A DNA stretch of 64,000 nt from Gnetum montanum (lineage: Eukaryota; Plantae; Gnetophyta), in NCBI GenBank assembly GCA_015680685.1, contig MNCI01001841.1, positions 200,264 to 264,263 on the forward strand, written 5' to 3'. Shown one piece after another: positions 36,409-48,100 of the stretch (within the stretch, counting starts at the first letter, position 1; each line of letters starts with the position of its first letter). A program made the translations under genes and the position numbers. The notes beneath the pieces were generated by a model. It searched no databases and was not told the DNA's origin. It worked only from the letters and a program-made list of their open reading frames with translations.

Positions 36409-36583
36409 GCTGCAATGGTAAAAAGGGAAAACTTGTCATTCTCTCTCTCCATTTAATGTGGAGTATGTCGTGCAGCGTAGCATGCTCGCCATGACATCAT
36501 AGCACTGTTCGCATTAACACAAGTGGATCTGGGTGAAAAATCTTGGCACACTTCAAGATAACCATTTGCTTTTCCAAAAACAA

Positions 36584-36603
36584 ATATATATATATATATA
36601 TAT
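36584..36603. repeat. (AT)n microsatellite
   Basis: About 10 AT units. Confidence 0.9.
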
Positions 36604-36607
36604 CCAA

Positions 36608-37042
36608 TTAGCAGTCCAAAAAGACCTTAAACTAGCAACCCTAGCGTAGTTTCAAATTTAGCAATCCGAAAAGACCTTAACCTAGCAACCCCAGCGTAGT
36701 TTCAACTTTAGCGGTCCGAAAAGACCTTAAACTAGCACTCCCAGCATATAGTTTCACTCCAGTTAGCGGTCCAAAAAGACTTTAAACTAGCAGTCTCAAT
36801 CTTCTACATGTTCATGGTCCATAATGACACTAAACTAGCAGTTTCACATTTTCGCATTAACAGTTTTGTGTTTTTACACTAGCAACTTTCCATTTTATAT
36901 ACTAGTGGTTTTGTCTTTTACGTCTAGGCAGTCCACAATGACACTAAACTAGCAGCCTCGCATTTGCACATTGGCAGTTTTGCATTTTTAGCAGTTTTGC
37001 ATCTTTGTGTCTTAGCAGTTCGCCATGACCTTAAACTAGCGA
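36608..37042 (+). repeat. Tandem motif array (GACCTTAAACTAGCA core) upstream of RT
   Basis: At least 6 copies of GAC(C/A/T)(T/C)TAAACTAGC with a ~50-bp period at the start. Confidence 0.8.
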
Positions 37043-37399
37043 ATTTTAGCCTTGCATTATACTCTACTGATTACATCTCATTGTTGTTTTGCAAATTTTC
37101 ACTATACACGATTGTTACCAATAGGTACCTCTTAACCAGACTTTCATCTCATTTTGGCAAGTTGAGCGAAAATGAAAATCCGTCGTGATCTCTCTTCGCC
37201 TCTAACTTTAGCAAGTCCACATGTCAAGCTCGTGAGACAACTAAACCCAAAACTAATAGACTAGGAATCACCCACAGTTAACACCATGGCATCCTTAGAA
37301 ACATCCCCAAACTGGCCTAAGCACCTGGTCCGAACCCTAGATTTAGAGGCTAGGGATGTAACTAAGGACCCTCTCATCGAGATGCCTATGACCACATCC

Positions 37400-40300
37400 A
37401 AACGAGGAAGTAAAAACGTTAAAACTTAGTTTCCTCCTAGATTTGCAGATGCACAAAGATGTAGCCAAGATTCTGCAAGACAACATTGAAGTCTTTACAT
37501 GGTCATACAACAACATGTCGGGTTTAAACCCGAGGCTGATACACCACAACATCGTCTTAGACCCATGCATGAAAGCAGTCAAGCAAAAAGCTCGTAAGGT
37601 TAAACCAGAGATGGCACTACCCATACTGGATGAAATCACCAAGCTATATCAAGCTGGTTTCATCCGTGCAGTTGATTACTCAGAATGGGTGTCCAACATT
37701 GTTGTAGTTTCTAAGAAAATGGGAGGAATACGAATTTGTATAGACTTCCCGGATCTGAACAAGGCAACGATCAAAGACGATTTCCCACATCCAAGCATCG
37801 ATCAACTCATTAACACTACGGCTGGTCATGCTCTGTTATCCTTCATGGATGGTTTCTCCGACTACAACCAAATTCGCATTAACCCGGAGCATTAGTTAAC
37901 AACAACCTTCATGACCCCATGGGGTACCTTTTGTTACACTATGATGCCTTTCGAGCTCAAAAACGCTAGAGCAACTTACTAGCCAGCCATGACCTACATC
38001 TTTAGCAACTACATCCTAGAAACACTGAAAAACTACATGGATGATATAGTGGTCAAGTCCAAAGAATCTGTTGATCATCCACAAGATCTAGGGGTAGTCC
38101 TCAAGTGTTTTCAAATGCATGATTTGCTCCTCAATCCTAAGAAGTGTGTCTTCAGGGTGAGAACCGGACACATGTTAGGGTTTGTAGCATCGGAGGCCAA
38201 GATACGAGTGGACCCTAACAAAGTTAAGGCCATCGTCAACCTGGCACCTCCTACAAACCTTAAAGAATTACGCGGGTTGCAAGGTAGGGTACAATTCATC
38301 CGAAGATTTATAGCAAAGCTAACTGAAAAGTTACACCCCATGCAACATCTTCTAAAGAAAGGGGTTAACTTCGAATGGACAACTTAGTGCCAACAAGCCT
38401 TTGATGACATGAAGAAAGAGCTTTTGCACCTCCCAACTGTTTACCCACCATAGAGGGATAAGCCTTTCTTCATCTACCTTGCCATCTCTAACACATCTAT
38501 CGTAGCATTGTTATGTCAGAAACGAGACAATGAATCTAAGATACTAGTGTACTATCTAAGTCATGCATTAATAGCGTATGAAGTGAAATACAACAAGGTG
38601 GAGAGAAATTTCCTTGCCTTAGTATTTGCAGTAAAAAAGTGAAGGCATTACCTATTTCGTAGAAAAATTAACATTATTCGCAAAAGCAACATACTCTGGG
38701 CTATCATAAACAACTTGTATGAAAGTAGCAAGATAGCCCGATGGAAAGTAATAACCATGAAATTCAATTTGCATTATGTGATCCAATTGTCGATGAAGGG
38801 TCAAGCCATAGCGACGCAACTTACAGCCTCACCCGTCAACGACTAGGCGACCATAGATCTCGAATTCCCGAACGAGCGTGTTAGCACTATCAACGTCGTC
38901 CCATCGCATCTTGAAGCTACTTTACATTTCAACAGCACCTCGACCACGTGAGGAGGTAGTGCAATTGTCGTCATTACATTCCCCTCTGGGGAAATGCATC
39001 CTTTTGCTTATCATTTTACGTTCCCTTGCACAAACAACGTGGCAAAGTATGAGGGGCTACTCAGAGGCCTCTCAGCTACCCAAACACTATGCATACAACA
39101 CCTAGCGATTCGTGGAGATTCACAACTAGTTGTGAATCAAATCAGCAAGGTCTATGCCTACAAAGCTACACACCTGCAACCCTACTGCGACCTAGCAAAA
39201 AGCCTACTTAAACAGTTTGCAGCTACAGATGTGCAACATGTGCCACACAACGAGAACATCGTAGCAGATGCCTTAGCCACCCTAGCACTAAATATTCCAT
39301 CACACTTGTTTGCAAGTTTTCCAACCTCAATTACCGAGTGCACTGAGCCTATCACTCAGGCGATACACATAGCCTCTATCAACGTTGTGGATACCTAAGA
39401 CTGATATGCCAACATTAAAGCCTACCTACAACATGACGAACCCCCAAGTGGATTGACATCTGCCCAAAGAGATGTGATCTATAAGCATGCTAGGCAATAT
39501 GTGCTCCTGGGAGGCAACACCCTATGCAAGCACTCCTATGAGGGGATATTGCTAGCATGTGTGAACAAGGGGCAAGCGCAGAAGGTTGTTAATGAGGTAC
39601 ATGAGGGACTGTGTGGTGGACACATAGCACCTAGGGTTATGGCTGCAAAAATTAGATTCCTAGGGTACTATTGGGCTCACATGGAGCGTGACTGCTTGGC
39701 AAAAGTCAAGACGTGTGATACGTGCCAAAGATATGCAAATCTTATACACGTTTCACCTACAGAGTTGCACCCAATGCAGATCACGTGGCCTTTCTAGTGA
39801 TGGAGATTAGACCTCATAGGGCCTATCATGCCCAAGTCTTCAACAGGGCATAGCTTCATCATCACAGCCACCAAGTATTTTACCAAGTGGGTGGAAGCTA
39901 TTCCCCTAAGGAAAACTACATCTTAATAGATTTTCCACTTCATCTTGGATAACATCGTGACAAGGTTTGGGCTTCCGATGACTATTGTGACCGACAACGG
40001 GCCACAGTTCAGTAGTGCAAAAACTTGAACCTTCTACAGTAATCTTGGTACTAGGTAGTCATTCTCCTCGCCATATTACCCGCAGGTGAATGGGTAGGTA
40101 GAGGCTACAAATAAGTCCATGCTCGACAACAGCAAGAGGCGATGGCATGAGCAAATCCTCTATGTGCTATGGGCATATAGGACGATGTGCAGAACTGCGA
40201 CAGGTAAGACACCTTTTAGTCTTATTTATGGATCTGAACTTGTGTTACCTCTTAAGTTGCAAGTACCATCACTCCAAATGATCCTATCCAATGTCGTGAG

Positions 40301-40621
40301 TGAAGCCCAGAACAATGAGTCGCAGATCATCGATCTCAACTCAATAGAAGAGGAGCATGTACAACACTAGGTCGTATAGAGCATTACCTGAACAAGAAAT
40401 GGCAAAAACACCATGCAAATCTACATCAATGGCCAATACAGAAGGGAGACCTCGTTCTCAAGGCTGTCCATGAGCATATGAACAAATTCTCAGCCAACTC
40501 GGAAGGTCCATACACGGTCACAAAAGCCTTTGGAAATGGGGACTTCAAGTTGGCAAACATAGACAACAATGAGTTTGCAAACCCAGTGAATCACTCATAC
40601 CTCAAACCATACTACATCTGA
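37400..40621 (+). pseudogene. Element B RT - RNase H - archaeal RNase H - integrase (disrupted)
   Basis: RT: EWVSNIVVVSKKMGGIRICIDF, LSFMDGFSDYNQI, YMDDIVVKS. aRH: FPCTNNVAKYEGL...RGDSQLVVNQ...ENIVADALA. INT: EVHEGLCGGH...GYYW...CDTCQ, LWAYRT, ending LKPYYI*. No chromodomain. Confidence 0.92.
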
Positions 40622-40647
40622 ATGCATGGAGAAGATAAGCAAACATC

Positions 40648-41137
40648 CTCTATGATGTAAACTAGCAAAGGTGAGCAAAAACGTCCGCTATGACATTAAA
40701 CTGGCATAGCTTTACCAATGTCTGCTATGACACTAAACTAGCAAAGCTCATCTGCTATGACGTAAAACTAGCACAAACCATCTGCTACAATGTAAAACTG
40801 GCACAGACAGTCCACTAAGACGTTAAAATAGCACAGACTATCCGCTATGACGTAAAACTGGCACAGACAGTCTGCTAGGACCTTAAACTAGTTCATCCAC
40901 TATTTGCTACAACGAAAAACTAGCACAATGGCCTGCTAGGACTTTAAACTAGCATAGAATCAGTCTACTGAGATCTTAAACTAGCACAGCGGTCTACTAG
41001 GACCTTAAACTAGCATGGGGAACGTCCGCTATGACGTTAAACTAGCACATATGGTCTGCTAGGACCTTAAACTAGCATGGTGGTCTGCTGGGACCTTAAA
41101 CCAGCACACCATGCTCTACCAAGACCTTAAACTAGGT
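40648..41137 (+). repeat. Array of ~16 hairpin units (~30-bp period; TGCTAG-GACCTTAAA-CTAGCA consensus)
   Basis: Units counted by eye directly after the INT stop. Confidence 0.9.
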
Positions 41138-42522
41138 TTGCAGCACGTCCCCAGCATGCACCTACACTAGCACACATCAAGAAAGCGTGCACAATGCCGA
41201 CATGGGGTGGGACGTTGTAGTTCCAGAATGTAGTTCACGACATGATGAAAAATCAATCTGGAACATATGCAATGTCGTTGCTCTTGGCATCTTGCAGATC
41301 CTTCAGAGATGTCATATGACATCTGACTGACCCTCTGGACCTACTGTCACCACAGCCCATCGCTTTAACAGTAGTTCCTTGACCAGTGCCTGCTGCTGGA
41401 GTTTTAGCAGTATTGTGGCCCAGCCACAATATTGTTACCCTCCAGCCCCCTGCCAACACCTAAGCTCAAACAACGTTTAGCTGTGGGCTAGCCAATCCCA
41501 CAACTGAACTAAGAATGCATGCCTTCAGCAAGGATTCCTGAGCATCTGCGTTCATAGCAACTCCTAGCATCCTCAATGCCAACCTCTCCACATTGATGCT
41601 GCCAAAGCCAATGCTGGCCTTCCTACTTTGGACATCACACACCAGCAAAGATGTCCATAGCTTCAATAACATCTACAACGAGCAAGGACTTTGCCTTCAT
41701 TTTGCATCATAGTTGTTTCTCCTGGTTTTCTTTCTGTTGTGTTTGCAGGACGCATACCAGGGGGATGCTGGCCAGAGGTGTGCTTCTCCATAGAAGCAGG
41801 ACCCTACATCATTCCAAGGCATTCGTCTTGACTAGCTTAGCTACTTTGAAGTTCACATCCTGTTCCTCCCCTTTACCTTCCTTATCTTACTCCTTACACT
41901 CACGATCCACTCTCTCCTCTCTTTCATAAGCTTTTCCCAACACCTGTCAAGCCCTTCCACATGCTCAACCACAAAGTTCATGATGTGCGTAACACAACTC
42001 GCCACATGGAAAATATCTGTAGGTAGGTTAAAGCCCCATGTGGATGTAACACAACTCATCCTGGGAAAGAAAACATTTGTCTTGTAGTCACCAAGTTGTT
42101 TGCAGATGTAAAAGGTAAAACAGCAAAGGCAAAAGTGTAAGAGAGCAAAAGCTCACATGCAAAAAAAATGTGCCTAAAACAAATGGCACATAAGCTATTT
42201 CGCACACCCACTCTCCCTAAGCATTCCAATGAGAGGTCAAAGGTCAATAAAAGAAAAGATGACCATGCAAACAACTCCCTCACGAGCACTCTGATGAGGG
42301 ACCCTACCAAGTTTCGTCTTTACCCTTTTCCTGAGCCTCCTCCCTTCCCGCTTAACCTTTCCCTTCTCCCACGTAACCAATGCAACACTCTCAAAGTACA
42401 GCTAAGCGACATCTTAACAATCAGTGAAGAGCAATGTTGGCATTTTTGCTTTCTGTGGTGTTTCGTATTCTTTGTTGATGTCTCTCAAGTCCATCCTCCA
42501 TACGTCGATAAAGAGGGACCAA

Positions 42523-44341
42523 TGAAACACCCTAAATTTTCAAGGTATTCTTGCTTCACTAGGTCTTTGCAATTCAGGCAACGTCATGTCACTTCGGCAA
42601 GAAATGGATGCTCTAAGTTTAGGTTGTCCAGCTTGGCAAGTTTTCTGGCTAGGTATTTCATCGAGCTGATAGCCTACTTAGAAACAATGCAAAGAGTTAT
42701 CGGTGATGCTCAAGATTCGCGAAACAATTTCACAAGTTTTCTAGCCAAAGAGTTTGCTATGCTATGTAGCGTAGCAGGCTTTAGGAGATAGTTGTTTAGG
42801 CAATCAACTGTAAATTGTTGCAAGACAAGGTGCTACGCTACGCAGCGTAGCATAGCGTAGCGAGAGCAAGACAGGAAGGCTCAGCTTACTCAGTGATTTC
42901 AATTGCACTCAGTTAGCACCTTTGGCCTTCGAAACCAATTTCTTTGCTCAGCTCCAAGTCCTTCAGCAATTGCTCCTTCCATCAAAAAGTAGCAAATTCA
43001 ACGAAAAGCAGGCCATGTTGGCTGCTACACTATGTTACGCTACATAGTGTAGCACAGCGTAGCAACTTTGTGGGAGCGACAAAAGGCATCTCAAAGTGCA
43101 TGATCAGTAAGTTCGCAAGTTTCACGTTGCAGAGAGCAAAGGTTGTAGATTGTTAGCATTTTTGTGATTAAGACCAACTACTACGCTACGTAGCATAGCA
43201 CGATGTAGCAAATATGCAAAATCAGTTAGAGCACTTCAAAGATTTCCAGCACATGCAATAGGTCCCAACGAAAGTTTCTGCCTCAAACTGGTGGCTATGC
43301 TATGCTATGCCAACATGTTATGCTCTAAAGCATAGCATGACGTAGAAAGTTGCTATGCTACGCTGACATGCTACACTCCAAAGCGTAGCACAACGTAGCA
43401 GGCAGCTATGCTACATCGATGCATCTCCTTGCATAGCAAGTTGATACGCTACGCCACATGCTACGCTACAAAGCATAGCATAGCGTAGTAGGTAGCTACT
43501 CTACATCAATGCACTTCATCTATTTGCGTCCTTGGCACACATCTCCAAATTCTAACAATGTAATTACAGCATGGTAGGCTCATTAATTAGCCCTGCATGT
43601 CCATGTAGCATAGACACATCAACACGGGCCCAGGACACGTGGCATCCAAACTGCATCTTTTGCATGCTCTTGGCCCTATAAATACCCCGATGAGCAATGC
43701 TCAAAGGGTTGGTTGGTGGATTGGTTGGCTAGCAAGCAAAAAGTCGATTAGCAAGTTGACAAGTTGGCAAGTTAGCACTTTTGCAAGTTAAAAAACTGGT
43801 AATCTTAAGCATTGAAAACATTCTGTTTGGCATTGTAAACAGTTAGCACCCCCGTTTCGCATTCTGTTTTTCTCTTTACCACTATCTTTGTAGCATTTTA
43901 CATTGTTAACTCCTGAGTCCATGTTCAAGCACACAGCTGTCTTACTCTAAACATCTTGGTTACTTTTTGGATCTCTGCACTTCCCAGCGTTGTGCAACTG
44001 ATTGCATCTACCTTGATAGAGTGAAGTCATAATCTTGAAGTGGTGCATTTTCCTAACTGCATTTTACTTTACTTTCCTGCTTATCATTGCATTTTACATC
44101 ATTTTTCGCCCCTTGCGTTTAAAGATCATTTTTATTTTATGCTGTAAATCTTGTTTTCAAATCATATGTTTGCAAAAGGTTATAGTAACACCGACTAAGT
44201 CCTTGTCTAATCGACTAGATCGTTCAGGGCACCCAATTTCCATTTCTATCCAGCACGGCCCTCGCGTGGATCCAGGGTTAGGATTATCACAACCGACGAC
44301 CTCTCGGTGTTTTCTAGCTGTCGACGTTTTCGATCGCTACA
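42523..44341 (+). repeat. 3' LTR of element B
   Basis: Preceded by PPT AAAGAGGGACC. Termini TGAAACACCC...GCTACA. Colinear with 15052-16929. Confidence 0.92.
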
Positions 44342-44579
44342 ATAGGAGACGCCTACATAGGATTGAGTACTCCTAACTTTGTCTTCATCATCATATATGG
44401 CGTTGGTTCTCCAATGAATTGCCTCACTAATTGTTGTGTTGTCATAGTCTTGTGAGAGAGACATTGTTATGAATTGTGTGTGACTTATTTGTAATTAGTT
44501 CCTTGCTAAAAGATATATCTTCAAAGTTTCATTACAACGATCTTGGATGATGTAACTAATCTAAATAACTAGCACCATG

Positions 44580-44595
44580 CCCAACAACGGTGCTA
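44580..44595 (-). promoter_or_regulatory. Primer binding site, degenerate tRNA-Asp type (Athila-like)
   Basis: TAGCACCGTTGTTGGG versus the canonical Athila PBS TGGCGCCGTTGCCGGG. All differences are C>T or G>A. Confidence 0.75.
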
Positions 44596-44596
44596 A

Positions 44597-45496
44597 TGAT
44601 GAGCGGCGAGGTACCCCTACACTCAACCATATGAATACAAGCATTCACGCACAATCCAGTCAAACTCTGTGGACGGGCTAGTTATGGTATCTAGATTGTT
44701 ACATGTTGATTGTAGTTCATTGTCTTCCCACTTGGACTAGTATTTGCTTTGTCACATATGGTTTAGTCCAGAGTGAGGTGTATGATGTGGGCCTAAACGA
44801 GTGCTACTCCTAGAGGTAATAGAAAATAACTTTGTTTTAGCTAAGAGGAAGTGGGAGAAGAGAATCTAAGCTAGCCTAAGTGCGATGAGCATCTGTCCTT
44901 AATCATCCGTACACATCTTGGACCTTGTGTACTACTTCTAGGCTTACCAAGTGTATATTACTTGAGCACTCCTAGATACGCTACTGGGTTGCCAAGTAGT
45001 TACACTTCAATGTTCATGATTAAGTTGTACTCATTCCACATTTAACAATAGGAATAGTAAATGATGATAAAAAAAATATTAACTAAGCAAACAATAAATA
45101 ACAACAACAATTAACAATAACAACTAAACAATTAAAACTAAGTGAATGCTGCAATGATGGAGTAATCTCGATCTTTATTGCCATTCATGTGTGTGTCCAA
45201 GTACGTCACACTCAAATAAAGGTTCTGTACAATTACAAGCATCACACTGCGGGCATGCACTTGGGAAAATAGTCTAACTCCTACGGAAACAAACTACAAG
45301 AGCTTCGCCACAACTTGAACATAAGATGCGTAAATGTGACGGGTGCATGCATACTTATAGCAGAAAATGAACTCTACGTTGACAAGGCCATGTCAACGCG
45401 TGGAAAGATGCGTTGATGGGATCACATTGATGTGGTTGCATTGACAAGGATTCATTGACGCAGCCCAGTCAAGGCTGTCCACTAGATGCTTCATCA
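44597..45496 (-). repeat. 5' LTR of element A
   Basis: Minus-strand termini TGATGAAGC...CTCGCCGCTCATCA, followed by the PBS. Confidence 0.92.
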
Positions 45497-45501
45497 CTAA
45501 T

Positions 45502-46975
45502 CTTCCTGAATTGTGCATTTGCAAGGATAGATTCATTGATCATGACTTACTCTAACAATGCTATTAGTTCATTTTCAGTTTCAATAGGGATTTCTAGAAC
45601 CATTAACAAAGCTTTTCACTTTTGGTTGTCTTGTAATTCTTGTGTGATATCCACAAATAAGGCTTAGAATTAATGGAAAGACTTCTCATAATGTTATTTG
45701 CTATTATGAAACCCACAATTTTCACTAAGAGCTTCTTCTCCTAGGTTTCCATTTGCCTTGTTATGGTGATTTCTTATTTTAACATTGTTGCATTTTAATT
45801 CAATCACTTCATTAGAAAGCTTTTGTAGGGTGGTCAAGACTTGGTTCATGGAAGGTTGACTCTCAACTTTAGGTGAGTTAAAGGTTTGTGTTATTTCAGG
45901 GTTAAGAATGGAAGATATGAAGGAAAGGTTGATAATAGCTTGGATTAAGGCCTTCAGTTAATCCTCATTTAGGCCAAGGTTTTAAGGGAATAATGAAGAG
46001 GAAGCATTTGGACTTTGAATATTTAGTAGAGAGTTAAGGATTGCACGATTAACTTGAAAAGGATTCAAGACTATTGGGGCTTGAGAACCTAGCCCAAGAG
46101 TTTTGAATTGAGACTATAAAAAGTTTGTGAGAGTGATTTATTCAAGTTCAACTATTTTAGACATAGCTCCTTGCAAGTCGGTAATATTAAGATTGGATTT
46201 GATTGCATATGTGAAGAAAGGATTAATGGTCGAGAGGAAAAAGTTTAAGATTCCTTTTGGTTGTTGACACATTTTGCTAGGAACATATGACAATGATTAG
46301 AGGAACCTTAAATTATAATTTCTAATTGTTTCTCCACTCAGCTTTTGGAGGCTAGTAAAGTTACTGGAAGCTATAGTGGGACTAGTAAACTTGTCAAATT
46401 GAAAGATGAAACAAGATTTGAAGTTGTTCTAGGTTGAGGTTGATGAACTGGAAATGGTTAGAAACCATTGAGTTGTTGTGCCTCGGAAGGTAGTGATAAA
46501 AGGCCTACAAGCCACATCATGTTGAATTATGTTTTGGATACCTAGTAATGTCTCAAAATTCTGAAGATCTTGATGAGCATCATTGAAAGAGGGATAAAAA
46601 AAAAGTATGTTGAAGATGTTTTGGAATTAGGTTGAAGTTTTGAAAGTTGAAAGGATTGTTGACCAACAGTTGGGCAACAAGATTTGCCATGTTTGAAGAA
46701 TATATAAGGACTTAGATCTAGATCTTCTTGGGATATGACTTGGAAAATGACTAGCTAAGAAGCTTTCTTTATTGTTTTTCTAGTTTGAGGCCCAAGAGTT
46801 TCACTAGGTCCAACCATAAACTAACTTAACAACAAAGGAGATTTTTTGGACTTTTTTTTAATTAAAGCATAAAAGAAAGAAAAGGAAAGAAAATTGAAAC
46901 TAATGACAAGATAGTAGAGGAATAAAGCTAGTTGAGGGAAACCATAATGGTGGCCCTCCCAATGCTAGGGAGGCC
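45502..46975 (-). mobile_element. Element D gag remnant and leader (continues at 9911 across the CTAAT TSD)
   Basis: PFITTFRGTTTQWF...SLQKLSGETIRNYNLRF (retrotransposon gag-like). Confidence 0.75.
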
Positions 46976-48100
46976 TGTTGATGTGAGAATTTGGGCTACA
47001 AGGCAAACTAGTGCAAAACACCCGAAAGTGCACAATTTGGCAAGGTTGTTGCCTAGGGCACATTGCTTATGAGCATGACTAGCCTAGGAATAGTCTTGAT
47101 GGAAGAGGAACATGACCAATAATTTAAAAGAACATTATATTTGAAAATATATAAATACTTAAAAGCAAGAATATTGTAAGTCAAACAATTCACATATACT
47201 AAAATGATGGGTAATGTCAAATTACATCAACTTGAACACAAACATTGAAAACATCAAACATAAACATTAGGAAGCATCAAAGGGGAAAGGAAGGGACTTA
47301 GTAGATTATTCTTAGATGCATCTGCTTCTATGGCTATCGAAAGGCTAATTCTTCACCTCTTCGTAAAGGTACTCATAGTAGGATTGGATAGCCCAAGTTA
47401 GTTGCTCAATCCTATCCTCAAGCTCCTGAAGACTAACAATCGTTGCCTCCTTTCTAGCTAGGATGTTATCTCAACCCCTTTCCTAGTCTTCCTCATGCTA
47501 GAACTTAAGGGTTAACCTTTCCAACCTCCTACACAACCTCACCTCAATGACTTCCTATACTAGCCAATTCAAGAAAGCCACAGGAAGTGGACTAACGCTA
47601 TGATGGGATAAGGGGGTGTAGGATGGGGAAGATGGCAAAGACAGTAGCATAAAAGAAAAGTAATGAGAAAGGGAGGAAGATGCCCCTTTTCCTTGCTAGC
47701 TAATGCTCTCCTTTGTGCCCAAGAAGGCCTTTTATAAGGCTTTCTCCTTCTTCTATTGCCTCTCTTTCTTTTTCGAGAGGAAGAGGAACTAGCCATGTGT
47801 TTACCCACTTGGCCATCATGCATGATCTCTTTTGCCAAGTATGGCAAAGCAAAGATCCTCCAAATTTCCTTGATAATTTGAATCTCCTTGTTTGTTTCCA
47901 TGCTTACCACCTATCAAGTAAAAATAAAGAAAATCAAAGTATTTATAAATAAAATCATATATTTCAATTAGGGAGAAAAGCATTTTTTTTTAATTATTTT
48001 TATTACTATTTTAAGATTTCTAAATCGGTCCACCAAACAAAGTATGACCAAAGTTGACCTTCCACCAAACTCATCCTAAGGTACTCCAAAGCCCACACCA
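46976..48100 (-). repeat. Probable 5' LTR of element D (outer boundary approximate)
   Basis: Ends ...CATCAACA at 46976 on the minus strand, next to a degenerate PBS-like TAGCATTGGGAGGGCC. Minus-strand TATAAAA at ~47730. No partner LTR in the window. Confidence 0.5.

Larger units (their letters stand above)
15052..44341 (+). mobile_element. Element B: Ogre/Tat-type Ty3/gypsy with ~1.85-kb LTRs, split pol and an internal antisense gene
   Basis: LTR pair 15052-16929 and 42523-44341. Flanks ATTGG/ATAGG (4/5 TSD match). PBS and PPT present. Domain order gag-PR // RT-RH-aRH-INT. Confidence 0.9.
9912..45496 (-). mobile_element. Element A: non-autonomous Athila-like LTR element (gag plus 3' extra ORF, no pol), host of nested element B; TSD CTAAT
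   Basis: LTR pair 44597-45496 and 9912-10808. CTAAT at 9907-9911 and 45497-45501. Degenerate tRNA-Asp-type PBS. PPT next to 10808. Gag FPMKLIGQAKVWYRSL at ~14430-14485. Confidence 0.9.

Noticed and set aside
40648-41137. CRISPR-like look (palindromic repeat with variable spacers)
   Set aside because: Spacers are only ~8-16 nt and related to each other, the repeats are degenerate, there are no cas genes, and the context is a plant retrotransposon 3' region.
40648-41137. Hammerhead ribozyme/retrozyme
   Set aside because: No CTGANGA...GAAA core with three stems was found in the units.
42168-42791. 207-aa ORF
   Set aside because: It crosses the PPT into the LTR and has no domain motif. A chance ORF.
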